Source of the DNA: Usitatibacter sp.
GTDB taxonomy: Bacteria > Pseudomonadota > Gammaproteobacteria > Burkholderiales > Usitatibacteraceae
Direction: 5' to 3'
NCBI GenBank assembly: GCA_035553995.1
Contig: DATMJE010000060.1
Location: forward strand, 6,373-70,372
DNA length: 64,000 nucleotides
Positions 47,523-56,349 of the stretch are shown here, piece by piece (position 1 is the stretch's first letter; each line of letters begins with the position of its first letter). The position numbers were made by a program, and so were the translations under genes. The notes beneath the pieces were generated by a model. It was not told the origin of the DNA. It searched no databases and saw only the letters and a list, made by a program, of their open reading frames with translations.

Positions 47523-48046
47523 GCGCGTCCTTCCCGGCCGCGCTTGCGGAAGAGGGGCGCCGGATCGTCCACGGAGCCCTGGTAACGGAGGTTGAAGTCG
47601 CCGAAGCTCGCGATCGCCGTGACCGGATCGCGATGGGGCGCGAGGCCGAACGAGTCGAAGCCCACGCGCTTCAGGAAGAAAAGCTGGTCGCGGCCCACGT
47701 CGCCAAACGCGCGCAGCTCGCCACGGAAGCCGTAGCGGCGGCGAAGGAGCGACGCAGTGGAATAGCCGCGACCGTCGGTAAACTTGGGAAAGTGCACGGC
47801 GATGAACGCAAGCGTGGCCACGTCATCGGCCAGCTCTCCCGGCTCGTCTTCGGGCTTGAGCCACACGCCGACCGGCGTGCCGCGGTTCTGCAGCAGCGTG
47901 CGCTGCGCCTTCCAGAGCGCGAGCGGCACCACGATCGGCCCGTCGGGCAGCGGCTCGATGGTGAGCGGCTCCTCGAAGCCCACGAACTGCCACGATTCCG
48001 GCTCGACGTGTCCCTCGCGGATGATGCGTTCAGGCAGCACGGGCAA
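47519..48046 (-). CDS. DUF934 domain protein (sulfite-reduction associated)
   Basis: 175 aa. HFPKFTDGRGYSTA and LRAFGDVGRDQLFFLKRVGFDSF motifs are characteristic of DUF934. Overlaps both neighbouring genes. Confidence 0.85.
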   Translation of the reverse strand: MPVLPERIIREGHVEPESWQFVGFEEPLTIEPLPDGPIVVPLALWKAQRTLLQNRGTPVGVWLKPEDEPGELADDVATLAFIAVHFPKFTDGRGYSTASLLRRRYGFRGELRAFGDVGRDQLFFLKRVGFDSFGLAPHRDPVTAIASFGDFNLRYQGSVDDPAPLFRKRGREGRA

Positions 48047-49706
48047 GCTCCTTGTTGTCGCTGTAGACGCGCGTCTTGAAGGGCGCGATGCCGAGGCGCT
48101 CGACGGTGTCGACGAAGAGCTCGTCGGGGTGGCGCAGCTCGAGGTAGGTCTCGATCAGCGTGGAGACCACGTCGGGCATCTCGGCCGCGGCGAACGACGG
48201 GCCGATCACCTGTCCCAGCGCCGCGTTGTTGCCCTGGCGGCCGCCGATCGAGACCTGGTACCACTCGCTGCCGTTCTTGTCGACGCCGAGGATGCCGATA
48301 TGGCCCACGTGATGGTGGCCGCACGAATTCATGCAGCCCGAGATGTTGAGGTCCAGCTCGCCGATGTCGTGCAGGTAGTCGAGGTCGTCGAAGCGCTCCT
48401 GGATGGCGAGTGCGATCGGGATCGACTTGGCATTCGCGAGCGAGCAGAAATCGCCGCCCGGGCACGCGATGATGTTGGTCAGCAGGCCCACCGTCGGCGT
48501 GGCGAGGCCGGCGGCCTTGGCCGCTTCCCAGACCGCGAACAGGTCGCGCTTGCGCACGTCGGCGAGGATCAGGTTCTGCTCGTGCGAGACGCGCAGCTCG
48601 CCGAAGCTGTAGCGATCGGCCAGGTCCGCCACGATATCCATCTGCTCGCCGGTGATGTCGCCGGGAGCGATGCCGGGCTTCTTGAGCGAGAGCGTGACCG
48701 CGGCGTAGCCCGCCTGGCGATGGCCGTGCACGTTGCGCTCGGCCCAGCGCGCGAACGCCTTGTTCGTGCCGAGGGCGTGCTCGTAGGCGGCGTCGACGTC
48801 GGGCAGCAGCTCGTAGGCGGGCGGCGTGAAATGCCTCGCCACGCGATGGAATTCGGCGTCCGTGATGATGTGCGGGGAATCCTGCAGCAGCGCCCACTCT
48901 TCCTCGACACGGCGCGCGAACTCCTCCACGCCGAGCGATTTCACGAGGATCTTGATGCGCGCCTTCCAGATGTTGTCGCGGCGGCCGTAGCGGTTGTACA
49001 CGCGCACGATCGCTTCCGAGTACGTGAGCATGTGGCGCCACGGCACGAACTCGCGGATGACCGGGGCGAGGATCGGCGTGCGGCCCATGCCGCCGCCCGC
49101 GTAGAAGCGCAGGCCGAGCTCGCCTTCCGCATTGCGGACGAACTCGATGCCGATGTCGTGGATCCTGAGCACCGTCCGGTCGGTCGCCGCGCCATTGAGC
49201 GCGATCTTGAACTTGCGCGGCAGGTACGCGAATTCCGGATGGAAGGTGGACCACTGCCGCAGGATCTCCGCGTAGGGCCGCGGGTCCACCAGCTCGTCCG
49301 GGGCGACGCCGGCGAAATGGTCGGTGGTGATGTTGCGGATGTCGTTGCCGCTCGTCTGGTTCGAGTGCATCTCGACCGTGGCGAGCTCGGCCAGGATATC
49401 GGGCACGTCTTCCAGCTTCGGCCAGTTGATCTGCAGGTTCTGGCGCGTGGAGAAGTGGCCGTAGCCGCGGTCGTAGCGGCGCACGATGCTGGCCAGCTTG
49501 CGCAACTGGCGCGAGGCGAGCAGCCCGTACGGCACCGCGATCCGGTACATCGGCGCGTGACGCTGGATGTAGAGGCCGTTCTGCAGGCGCAGGGGCCGGA
49601 ATTCGTCGTCGGTCAGCTCGCCGGCGAGGTAGCGGCGGGTCTGGTCGCGGAACTGGGCAACCCGTTCCTGGACGATGGCGTGGTCGTAGGCGTCGTATCG
49701 GTACAT
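48030..49706 (-). CDS. cysI: assimilatory sulfite reductase hemoprotein (nitrite/sulfite reductase family)
   Basis: 558 aa from MYRYDAY. Siroheme/4Fe-4S ligand motifs IIACPGGDFCSLA and SGCMNSCGHHH. Confidence 0.9.
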   Translation of the reverse strand: MYRYDAYDHAIVQERVAQFRDQTRRYLAGELTDDEFRPLRLQNGLYIQRHAPMYRIAVPYGLLASRQLRKLASIVRRYDRGYGHFSTRQNLQINWPKLEDVPDILAELATVEMHSNQTSGNDIRNITTDHFAGVAPDELVDPRPYAEILRQWSTFHPEFAYLPRKFKIALNGAATDRTVLRIHDIGIEFVRNAEGELGLRFYAGGGMGRTPILAPVIREFVPWRHMLTYSEAIVRVYNRYGRRDNIWKARIKILVKSLGVEEFARRVEEEWALLQDSPHIITDAEFHRVARHFTPPAYELLPDVDAAYEHALGTNKAFARWAERNVHGHRQAGYAAVTLSLKKPGIAPGDITGEQMDIVADLADRYSFGELRVSHEQNLILADVRKRDLFAVWEAAKAAGLATPTVGLLTNIIACPGGDFCSLANAKSIPIALAIQERFDDLDYLHDIGELDLNISGCMNSCGHHHVGHIGILGVDKNGSEWYQVSIGGRQGNNAALGQVIGPSFAAAEMPDVVSTLIETYLELRHPDELFVDTVERLGIAPFKTRVYSDNKELARAA

Positions 49707-49838
49707 GAGCGCGATGTTAGGTCGCGCGCATATTCCTGAAAAATACTTTGTTGTGATATGGTAATAACCCTGAGCGATCAACGGGCGGCCCGCTGACGCT
49801 TTCCCAATCGTATCAATGACCTGGAGCCCATCCCAGCC
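49707..49838. promoter_or_regulatory. divergent cysI / cysB-like control region with AT-rich island
   Basis: 132-bp intergenic region containing a ~40-bp AT-rich stretch (49730-49769: CATATTCCTGAAAAATACTTTGTTGTGATATGGTAATAAC) in an otherwise ~70% GC context. This is the expected place for CysB-type binding sites and both promoters. Confidence 0.4.
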
Positions 49839-50780
49839 ATGAACCTGCAGCAACTGCGCTATGTGAGCGAGGTCGCGCGTCGCGGGCTCAACGTCTCGGA
49901 CGCCGCCGCTGCGCTGCACACCTCCCAGCCGGGCGTCTCCAAGCAGATCCGCGGGCTCGAGGAAGAGCTCGGCTCGGACATCTTCGTGCGCCAGGGCCGG
50001 CGGTTCACGGCGGTCACCGACGCGGGGCGCGAGATCATCGCCACCATCGATCGCATCCTCGCGGAGATCGCGAACCTCAAGGCCGTCGGCGAGGAGTTCG
50101 CGCATCACGCGCGCGGGACGCTCGCGATCGGCGTCACGCACACGCAGGCGCGCTACGCGCTGCCCGCGGTGGTGACCGAATTCAAGAAGAACTTTCCCGA
50201 CGTGAAGCTGAAGCTCCTGCAGGGCAACCCGCGCCAGCTCGCGCGCATGGTGCTGGATGGCGAGGCGGACGTCGCGATCGCGACCGAGGCGCTCGACGAG
50301 TATGACGAGCTGGTCACGGTGCCGTGCTATTCATGGCACCACTGCGTGGTGGTGCAGGCGGGCCACGAGCTGGAGCAGGTGAAGCCGCTCACGCTGGAAG
50401 CGATCGCGCGCTATCCCATCGTCACCTACGATCCCACCTTCGCGGGACGCACTGCGCTCGACCGGGCCTTCGCGGCGCGCGGCCTGGAGCCCGAGATCGC
50501 GCTCACCGCGCTCGACTCCGACGTGATCAAGTCCTATGTGTCGCTCGGCCTCGGCGTGGGCATCATCTCGTCGCGCGCGTATCGCGAGGGCAAGGACGAG
50601 GGGCTGGTGGCGCTCGAATGCGAGCATCTCTTTCCCGCGCAGACCACGCGGCTCGCCTTCCGCCGCGGCGCCTACCTGCGCGGCTTCACCGTCGAGTTCA
50701 TCCGCCTCTTCGCCCCCAACGTCCGCGCCGAGGACCTCAAGCAGCTCGCCGGCGCCGCCGGCGAGAATTTCTCGATTTGA
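49839..50780 (+). CDS. LysR-type regulator of the CysB/Cbl family
   Basis: 313 aa. MNLQQLRYVSEVARRGLNVSDAAAALHTSQPGVSKQIRGLEEELG is the CysB/Cbl-type HTH. Divergent from the cysI operon. Confidence 0.9.
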   Translation: MNLQQLRYVSEVARRGLNVSDAAAALHTSQPGVSKQIRGLEEELGSDIFVRQGRRFTAVTDAGREIIATIDRILAEIANLKAVGEEFAHHARGTLAIGVTHTQARYALPAVVTEFKKNFPDVKLKLLQGNPRQLARMVLDGEADVAIATEALDEYDELVTVPCYSWHHCVVVQAGHELEQVKPLTLEAIARYPIVTYDPTFAGRTALDRAFAARGLEPEIALTALDSDVIKSYVSLGLGVGIISSRAYREGKDEGLVALECEHLFPAQTTRLAFRRGAYLRGFTVEFIRLFAPNVRAEDLKQLAGAAGENFSI

Positions 50781-50789
50781 GGCCCCGGA

Positions 50790-50920
50790 AAATCGGGACG
50801 TACCCCATTTCCCGTATGGGCGAACCGCGTTCCGCGATGCGGGAAATGGGGTACGTCCCGATTTCCCATAGGGGCGAACGGCGTTCCGCCATGCGGGAAA
50901 TGGGGTGCGTCCCCATTTTT
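50790..50920. repeat. REP/BIME-like cluster: three copies of a ~24-bp palindromic unit in inverted/direct orientation within a ~54-bp tandem repeat
   Basis: AAATCGGGACGTACCCCATTTCCC (50790-50813) is the exact reverse complement of GGGAAATGGGGTACGTCCCGATTT (50841-50864). A third variant copy, GGGAAATGGGGTGCGTCCCCATTTT, lies at 50895-50919. The spacers (G)GGCGAAC(C/G)GCGTTCCGC(G/C)ATGC are also repeated. The array lies between convergent genes. Confidence 0.75.
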
Positions 50921-50926
50921 AGCGGG

Positions 50927-51631
50927 TCAGCACTGCGCCCACTGGCTGCTGTAGTTGTCGAGCGTGCGGACGATGGCGATGCCCTCGACCTCTTCCTTCG
51001 CGCGCGGGCCGGCCTCGAGCTGCAGGCGGAACTCGTACTTGGTGAAGAACTGGGTGAACATCTCGCCGCCGAACGTGCCCACGGCGAAGAGCTCGTCGGC
51101 CCTGGGATCGTGCTCGAGGAGGATGGTCGCGAGCGGTTGCGGCGCGGGGCCGGAGAGCACGCGGGCGCCGGCCGCCGGGTCGTAGACGCTGCGGTCCGAG
51201 CAGCAGGTGATGACCTTGCCGCGGCCGGCGACGGGGCTGGGCTGGTCCCGGTAGCCGATGAAGCTCACCTGCCGCGTGGGGTACGTCATCTTGTGCGCGC
51301 AGATGGCCGAGTAGGCGACGATCGAGCGGCCTTCGCCCACGCCGCCTTCCCAGCGGTAGATCTCGCCGGATTCGGTGCGCAGCTCGACGCCGCCCGGGGC
51401 CGGCTGCGCCAGCCGCAGCAGGAAGCACGGCGTCGACGAATACGGATACTCGAAGACGTAGTTGACGCCGGGTTGCAGCGCGCCCGCGCGAATCGGCTCG
51501 CGCCGGTCGTCGACCAGCTTCGCACGCCGGTACTTGCGTGCGTTCTGCGGCGTGGCGGGGAGCGCCTCCGCGGGGAGCGTCATGCCCGCGGCCCCCGCCG
51601 CGCAAACCTGCACGAAATCGCGTCGTTTCAT
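50927..51631 (-). CDS. Tat-signal Rieske-fold protein with non-canonical cluster motifs
   Basis: 234 aa. Tat motif KRRDFVQ. AYSAICAHKM ... ITCCSDRSVYDPAAGARVLSGPAPQPL aligns by eye with Rieske boxes CxHxGC ... CPCHGSxFD...GPA..PL, but several ligand positions differ. Confidence 0.6.
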   Translation of the reverse strand: MKRRDFVQVCAAGAAGMTLPAEALPATPQNARKYRRAKLVDDRREPIRAGALQPGVNYVFEYPYSSTPCFLLRLAQPAPGGVELRTESGEIYRWEGGVGEGRSIVAYSAICAHKMTYPTRQVSFIGYRDQPSPVAGRGKVITCCSDRSVYDPAAGARVLSGPAPQPLATILLEHDPRADELFAVGTFGGEMFTQFFTKYEFRLQLEAGPRAKEEVEGIAIVRTLDNYSSQWAQC

Positions 51632-51632
51632 C

Positions 51633-52901
51633 TCAGACGATGCCTTCGAGGAGCTGCACCTCCACGGTGGCGCCGGGCTCCACGTTGCCGGTGCTGTCGC
51701 CGAGGATGATGAAGCAGTTCGCGTCGCTCATGGACTTGAGGATGCCCGATCCCTGCTCGCCGGTGGGCCGCACCTCGAGCCGGCCATCGCTGCCGCGCGC
51801 CAGCACGCCGCGCTGGAACTCCGTGCGTCCGGGCGCTTTCTTCAACCGCTCGGTGCAGGTTGCCGTGAACGTGGGCACCGGCATCACGGGATCCGCGCCC
51901 ATCAGCACCAGCAGCGCGTCGCGCACGAACTGGTAGAAGGTGACCATCACGGACACGGGGTTGCCGGGCAGGCCGAAGAAGTGCGCGCCGCGGATCTTGC
52001 CGTAGGCGAGCGGGCGGCCGGGCTTCATCGCGATCTTCCAGAACACGACCTCGCCCAGGTTGCCGAGCATCGACTTCACGAAGTCCGCCTCGCCGACGGA
52101 CACGCCCCCGCTGGTGACGACGACATCGGCAACCTCCGCCGCCTCCGAGAAGGCGCGCTCGAGCGCCGCCGGATCATCGCGCACGACACCCATGTCGAGC
52201 AGCTCGCAGCCCAGCCGCGTGAGCATGCCGTGCAGCGTGTAGCGGTTGGAGTCGTAGATCTCGCCTTCGCCGAGCGTGCTGCCGATGCTGCGCAGCTCGT
52301 CCCCGGTGGAGAAGAACGCCACCCGTAGCGGGCGGTACACGGGCACTTCGCCCACGCCCAGCGAGGCGAGCAGGCCCAGCTCGGCAGGGCGCACGATGCG
52401 GCCACGGCGCAGGGCCACACTTCCGGCCTTGAGGTCCTCGCCCGCTTCGCGCACGTTCTGCCCGGTGCGGTTGACCCCGCCGAAGGTGACCGACTTCCCG
52501 TTCGCCTTCGCGCGCTCCTGCATGACGACGGTGTCCGCGCCCTCGGGCACGACGCCGCCGGTCATGATGCGCACGCACTGGCCGGCACCGACGCGGCCGT
52601 CGAAGGGCTTGCCCGCGAAGGACGCTCCGATCTCGGTGAGCGTCGTCTCGGCGCCGGAGGCGAGGTCCGCGCCGCGCAGGGCCCAGCCGTCCATGGCGGA
52701 GTTGCGATGCGAGGGGACATTCACCGGCGAGAGCACGTCCTCGGCGACGATGCGTCCCAGCGCATCGCGTACGGGCACGCGCAGGGTGCCGCGCACGGGC
52801 TGCAGGAACTGGTGGATGAAGGCGCGCGCCTTCTCGACCGGCATCGAATCCGGGTCGTAGTCGTCGGCGCAGGAAGCTTCGGTGATCGTGAGCGTGGACA
52901 T
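51633..52901 (-). CDS. moeA: molybdopterin molybdotransferase
   Basis: 422 aa. SPVNVPSHRNSAMDGWA, GDELR and VVTSGGVSVGEADF motifs. Confidence 0.95.
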   Translation of the reverse strand: MSTLTITEASCADDYDPDSMPVEKARAFIHQFLQPVRGTLRVPVRDALGRIVAEDVLSPVNVPSHRNSAMDGWALRGADLASGAETTLTEIGASFAGKPFDGRVGAGQCVRIMTGGVVPEGADTVVMQERAKANGKSVTFGGVNRTGQNVREAGEDLKAGSVALRRGRIVRPAELGLLASLGVGEVPVYRPLRVAFFSTGDELRSIGSTLGEGEIYDSNRYTLHGMLTRLGCELLDMGVVRDDPAALERAFSEAAEVADVVVTSGGVSVGEADFVKSMLGNLGEVVFWKIAMKPGRPLAYGKIRGAHFFGLPGNPVSVMVTFYQFVRDALLVLMGADPVMPVPTFTATCTERLKKAPGRTEFQRGVLARGSDGRLEVRPTGEQGSGILKSMSDANCFIILGDSTGNVEPGATVEVQLLEGIV

Positions 52902-52905
52902 GGGA

Positions 52906-53457
52906 TCAGGCGCAGTGCAGTGGATACGTGCCGAGACGGGCGATTCTACCGGTGCTGCCGACGGCGAGGAGCGCCACCTCGCGCATGACGTCGGTGAATT
53001 CCTGGCCGAAGGTCTCGCGCGCTTCCTCGACGGCCCGCCCGAGTGCGCCGATGTCGGCGTGCCTCGCGATGGTGATGTGCGGCTCGTAGCCGAACTCGGG
53101 GCGCAGGTGTTGCGCGATGGAGCGGGTATAGAGCCGGTCGTGGAGCTCCACGATGGACGCGGCCCCGCGCGAAGCCATCAGGAACACGAACTCGTTCGCA
53201 TGCGGCCGGACCGCGCGGAAGGTCACGGGAACCGGCGGCCAGCGCGACACCACGCGCTTCACGTGCGTTTCGACCTGCAGCGGCGTGAGCGCGGTGGCGA
53301 AGGGAAAGACGAGCGACACGTGCGCGGGAATGAGGCTCGCGACCGGATCGTGCCGCCGCCGGAATTCCTCCACCTGCTCGATGCCGCGGAACGCGGGGAA
53401 CCATGCGACCGCGAAGCGGGGCAGCGGCGGCCGGGGCGTGCGGCGCACGCGCGCCAT
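52906..53457 (-). CDS. 2H phosphoesterase superfamily protein (LigT / 2'-5' RNA ligase-like)
   Basis: 183 aa from MARVRR. Two HxT/S motifs (AHVSLVFPF and PHITIARH) at the spacing expected for the 2H fold. Confidence 0.65.
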   Translation of the reverse strand: MARVRRTPRPPLPRFAVAWFPAFRGIEQVEEFRRRHDPVASLIPAHVSLVFPFATALTPLQVETHVKRVVSRWPPVPVTFRAVRPHANEFVFLMASRGAASIVELHDRLYTRSIAQHLRPEFGYEPHITIARHADIGALGRAVEEARETFGQEFTDVMREVALLAVGSTGRIARLGTYPLHCA

Positions 53458-53458
53458 G

Positions 53459-54043
53459 TCACTCGCGCCCGGGCTCGAGCCTCGAAAGCTCCTCGCGCGT
53501 GTTGATGTTGAGGAACGCATCGGGCTCGTCGTCGAACGGGACCTCGACCACGCGCAGCTGCGAGTACCAGCGGTCGATCTTGCGCTGTCCCGAAGCGAGG
53601 AACTCGCGCAGCGAGGCATGCACGCCACGGCGCATCAGGCAGAAGACCGGATGCGGCTGCTCGCCCGTGCGGGCGACGGCCAGGTCCGTTTCCGCATTGC
53701 GCATGGCGGTGAGGAGCCGCGCGACCAGGTCCTGGGGCAGGAACGGTGAGTCGCACGGCACGGTGACCACGAGCTGGTGGGCCGCATGCGCAAGCCCCCG
53801 CTCGAAGCCGGCGAGGGGACCTGCGAAGCCCTCGATCTCGTCGGCGATGACGCGGTGGCCGAAGTCCTCGTAGGCTTCCGGATTGCGGTTGGCGTTGATG
53901 AGGATCTCGTCCACCTGCGGCGCGAGCCGTTCGATCACGTGCGCCACCATGGGCCGCCCGCGAAAAAGCTGCAGCCCCTTGTCCACGCCGCCCATGCGGC
54001 TGCCCTGGCCGCCCGCGAGCACGAGGCCGGTGATCTCAGTCAT
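53459..54043 (-). CDS. mobA: molybdenum cofactor guanylyltransferase
   Basis: 194 aa. LVLAGGQGSRMGGVDKGL and PCDSPFLP motifs. Confidence 0.9.
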   Translation of the reverse strand: MTEITGLVLAGGQGSRMGGVDKGLQLFRGRPMVAHVIERLAPQVDEILINANRNPEAYEDFGHRVIADEIEGFAGPLAGFERGLAHAAHQLVVTVPCDSPFLPQDLVARLLTAMRNAETDLAVARTGEQPHPVFCLMRRGVHASLREFLASGQRKIDRWYSQLRVVEVPFDDEPDAFLNINTREELSRLEPGRE

Positions 54044-54431
54044 CGGCGAAGGCGTGCAGCGGTGCCCAGTCGGGGCGTTCCTCGGCGAACGCGTTGCCCT
54101 GCGGGGCGCGATCGACCGCCGAGGCGAAGAGTGCCAGCGGCAGGTGGACCTCCCCGGCCCACCGGCCCTGCGACGATTCGTAGGTGAGGCGTGTGCCGCA
54201 GCGGCCGCAGAAGCGCCGGTGCGTGCCGGGCGACGATTCGTAGTCGCGGACCAGCTCGGCTCCGCGCGCGAATTGCACCTGCGTGCGCCTGAAACCGATC
54301 CACGTCACCACGCCCGCGGCGTGCGTGCGCCGGCAGCTCTCGCAGTAGCAATGGGCGCAGAAGCGCGAGGGAAACGCCGCCACGATCTCGACCGCGCCGC
54401 AGTGGCAGCGCGCGATCGCCGCCTCAGCCAT
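54036..54431 (-). CDS. GFA (glutathione-dependent formaldehyde-activating / CENP-V) family protein
   Basis: 131 aa. CHCGAV ... CHCxxC ... CGRCG zinc-ligand pattern of the GFA family. Confidence 0.85.
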   Translation of the reverse strand: MAEAAIARCHCGAVEIVAAFPSRFCAHCYCESCRRTHAAGVVTWIGFRRTQVQFARGAELVRDYESSPGTHRRFCGRCGTRLTYESSQGRWAGEVHLPLALFASAVDRAPQGNAFAEERPDWAPLHAFADD

Positions 54432-55242
54432 GGACCTTCGAGCGCACCAGCCGATGGGCCCCGGTGAAAAGCAGGTAGTGCTTGTTGACCGCGCGCCCGA
54501 TCATCGTGATGCCGACCTGCTGCGCGACCTCGTGGCCCATCTTCGTGAGCCCCGAGCGCGACACCAGCACCGGCACCTGCATCTGCGCTGCCTTGATCAC
54601 CATCTCCGAAGTGAGCCGGCCGGTGGTGTAGAAGATCTTGTCGCGCCCGTCGACGCCTTCGAGCCACATCCATCCGGCGATCGCGTCGACCGCATTGTGG
54701 CGCCCCACGTCCTCGACGAAGGTGAGGATCTCGGCCCCCTTCGCGAGCGCGCAGCCGTGCACCGCACCCGCCTGCTTGTAGATCGATTCGTGCAGCCGCA
54801 CGGCGTTCAGCAGGCCGAAGAGCGTCTCCTCCTCCACGCGCATCTCGTCGTCGAGGCGGACGTTCTCGATGTCCGCCATGAGGTCGCCGAAGACGGTGCC
54901 CTGTCCGCAGCCCGTCGTGGCGGTGCGCTTCTCGGTGCGCCGGTCGAGGTCCGCGAGGCCGCTGTAGGTCGTCACCACGACGGCGTTGACTTCCCAGTCC
55001 ACCTGGACAGACTCGATCTCGTCGATCGATTCCACCAGCCGCTGGTTGCGCAGGAAACCGATCGCGAGCGCTTCGGGCGCGGCACCGAGCGTCATCAGCG
55101 TCACGATCTCCTTCCTGTCCACGTAGAGCGTGAGCGGATGCTCGCCCGCGATCGGCGTGGGCACGAGGGTGCCGCTCTCGTCATACGCGTCGACGGTATA
55201 CGTGGCGGGACGCGCCGCGCGGGTGAGGGCCGGCCGGGACAG
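54424..55242 (-). CDS. fdhD: formate dehydrogenase accessory sulfurtransferase FdhD (start codon uncertain)
   Basis: TTGCGQGTVF active-site loop, EDVGRHNAVD and SRSGLTKMGHEV motifs. No ATG, GTG or TTG lies near the expected N-terminus. The options are CTG at 55242 (GGGGG 5-6 nt upstream), GTG at 55164, or ATG at 55365 with a 120-nt overlap of moaA. Confidence 0.8.
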   Translation of the reverse strand: MSRPALTRAARPATYTVDAYDESGTLVPTPIAGEHPLTLYVDRKEIVTLMTLGAAPEALAIGFLRNQRLVESIDEIESVQVDWEVNAVVVTTYSGLADLDRRTEKRTATTGCGQGTVFGDLMADIENVRLDDEMRVEEETLFGLLNAVRLHESIYKQAGAVHGCALAKGAEILTFVEDVGRHNAVDAIAGWMWLEGVDGRDKIFYTTGRLTSEMVIKAAQMQVPVLVSRSGLTKMGHEVAQQVGITMIGRAVNKHYLLFTGAHRLVRSKVHG

Positions 55243-55243
55243 T

Positions 55244-56326
55244 TCAGCCCCCGATGAACGACATTTCGACCTTGCGGGCCCGCGGCGTGTCCGCCGTGCG
55301 GATCTCGGAATAGCGGTCGCCGCGGCCCTGCCAGATGCCGGTGATCGCCTGGGCGATCGCCGCATCGGTGGCGCCGCCGCGAAGCATGCTCTTCAGGTCG
55401 TAGCCGCGCTGCGCGAAGAGGCAGGTGAAGAGGTGCCCGTCGGTCGAGAGCCGTGCGCGCGTGCAGGTGGCGCAGAAGGCCTGCGTGACCGAGGAGATGA
55501 CACCGATCTCGCCACTGCCGTCCCGGTAGCGCCAGCGCTCGGCAACCTCGCCGCTGTAGTTCGCTTCCGCGGGCTCGAGGGGGAACGCGGCATCGATGCG
55601 GCGCACGATCTCCGCGGACGGAATGACATCGTCCATGCGCCAGCCGTTGGTCGAGCCCACGTCCATGAACTCGATGAAGCGCACGATGTGGCCGCTGCCG
55701 CGGAAGCGCCGCGCCATGTCGACCACCTGGTGGTCGTTCATGCCGCGCTTCACCACCATGTTGAGCTTGATCGGTGCGAGTCCCGCGGCCTCGGCGGCTT
55801 CGATGCCTTCGAGCACGCGCGTGACCGGGAAGTCCGCGTCGTTCATGGCGCGGAAGGTGGCCTCGTCGAGCGAATCGAGGCTCACGGTCACGCGGTCGAG
55901 GCCCGCGGCCTTGAGCGCGCGTGCCTTGGCCTTCAGGGCGGACCCGTTCGTGGTGAGCGTGAGATCGACCGCCGGAAGCGCTTCGCGCAGCATCGCGACC
56001 AGCTTGTCGATATCGCGGCGCAGCAGCGGCTCGCCGCCGGTGAGGCGGATCTTGCCCACGCCCAGCGCGTGGAAGATAGTCGCCGCGCGCACGATCTCCT
56101 CGAAGGTGAGGAGCGCCGCGTGCGGCAGGAATTCGTAGTTGCTGTCGAACACCTCGCGCGGCATGCAGTACACGCACCGGAAGTTGCAGCGATCCGTGAC
56201 CGAGATGCGCAGGTCCCGCAGCGTGCGGCCGCGCGGATCGGCCAGGGCGGTACCCTCGAGCGGACGCGCGGGCGGGATGGCGAGCGCGCCGCGCAATTCG
56301 GTGACGGGAATGATGGTTCGGGCCAT
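55244..56326 (-). CDS. moaA: GTP 3',8-cyclase (radical SAM)
   Basis: 360 aa. Radical-SAM motif CNFRCVYC and C-terminal cluster [10 protein letters not shown]. Confidence 0.95.
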   Translation of the reverse strand: MARTIIPVTELRGALAIPPARPLEGTALADPRGRTLRDLRISVTDRCNFRCVYCMPREVFDSNYEFLPHAALLTFEEIVRAATIFHALGVGKIRLTGGEPLLRRDIDKLVAMLREALPAVDLTLTTNGSALKAKARALKAAGLDRVTVSLDSLDEATFRAMNDADFPVTRVLEGIEAAEAAGLAPIKLNMVVKRGMNDHQVVDMARRFRGSGHIVRFIEFMDVGSTNGWRMDDVIPSAEIVRRIDAAFPLEPAEANYSGEVAERWRYRDGSGEIGVISSVTQAFCATCTRARLSTDGHLFTCLFAQRGYDLKSMLRGGATDAAIAQAITGIWQGRGDRYSEIRTADTPRARKVEMSFIGG

Positions 56327-56349
56327 GGAACGCCTATTATAGGGGCGCC

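Noticed and set aside
50781-50926. CRISPR array or small coding gene in the repeat region (track ORFs translate it as ...MREMGYVPIS...MREMGCVPIF)
   Set aside because: There are only three repeat copies, in mixed orientation, with spacers that are themselves repeated. No cas genes are nearby. The 'peptide' repeats are simply the DNA repeat read in frame. It is interpreted as a REP-like array.
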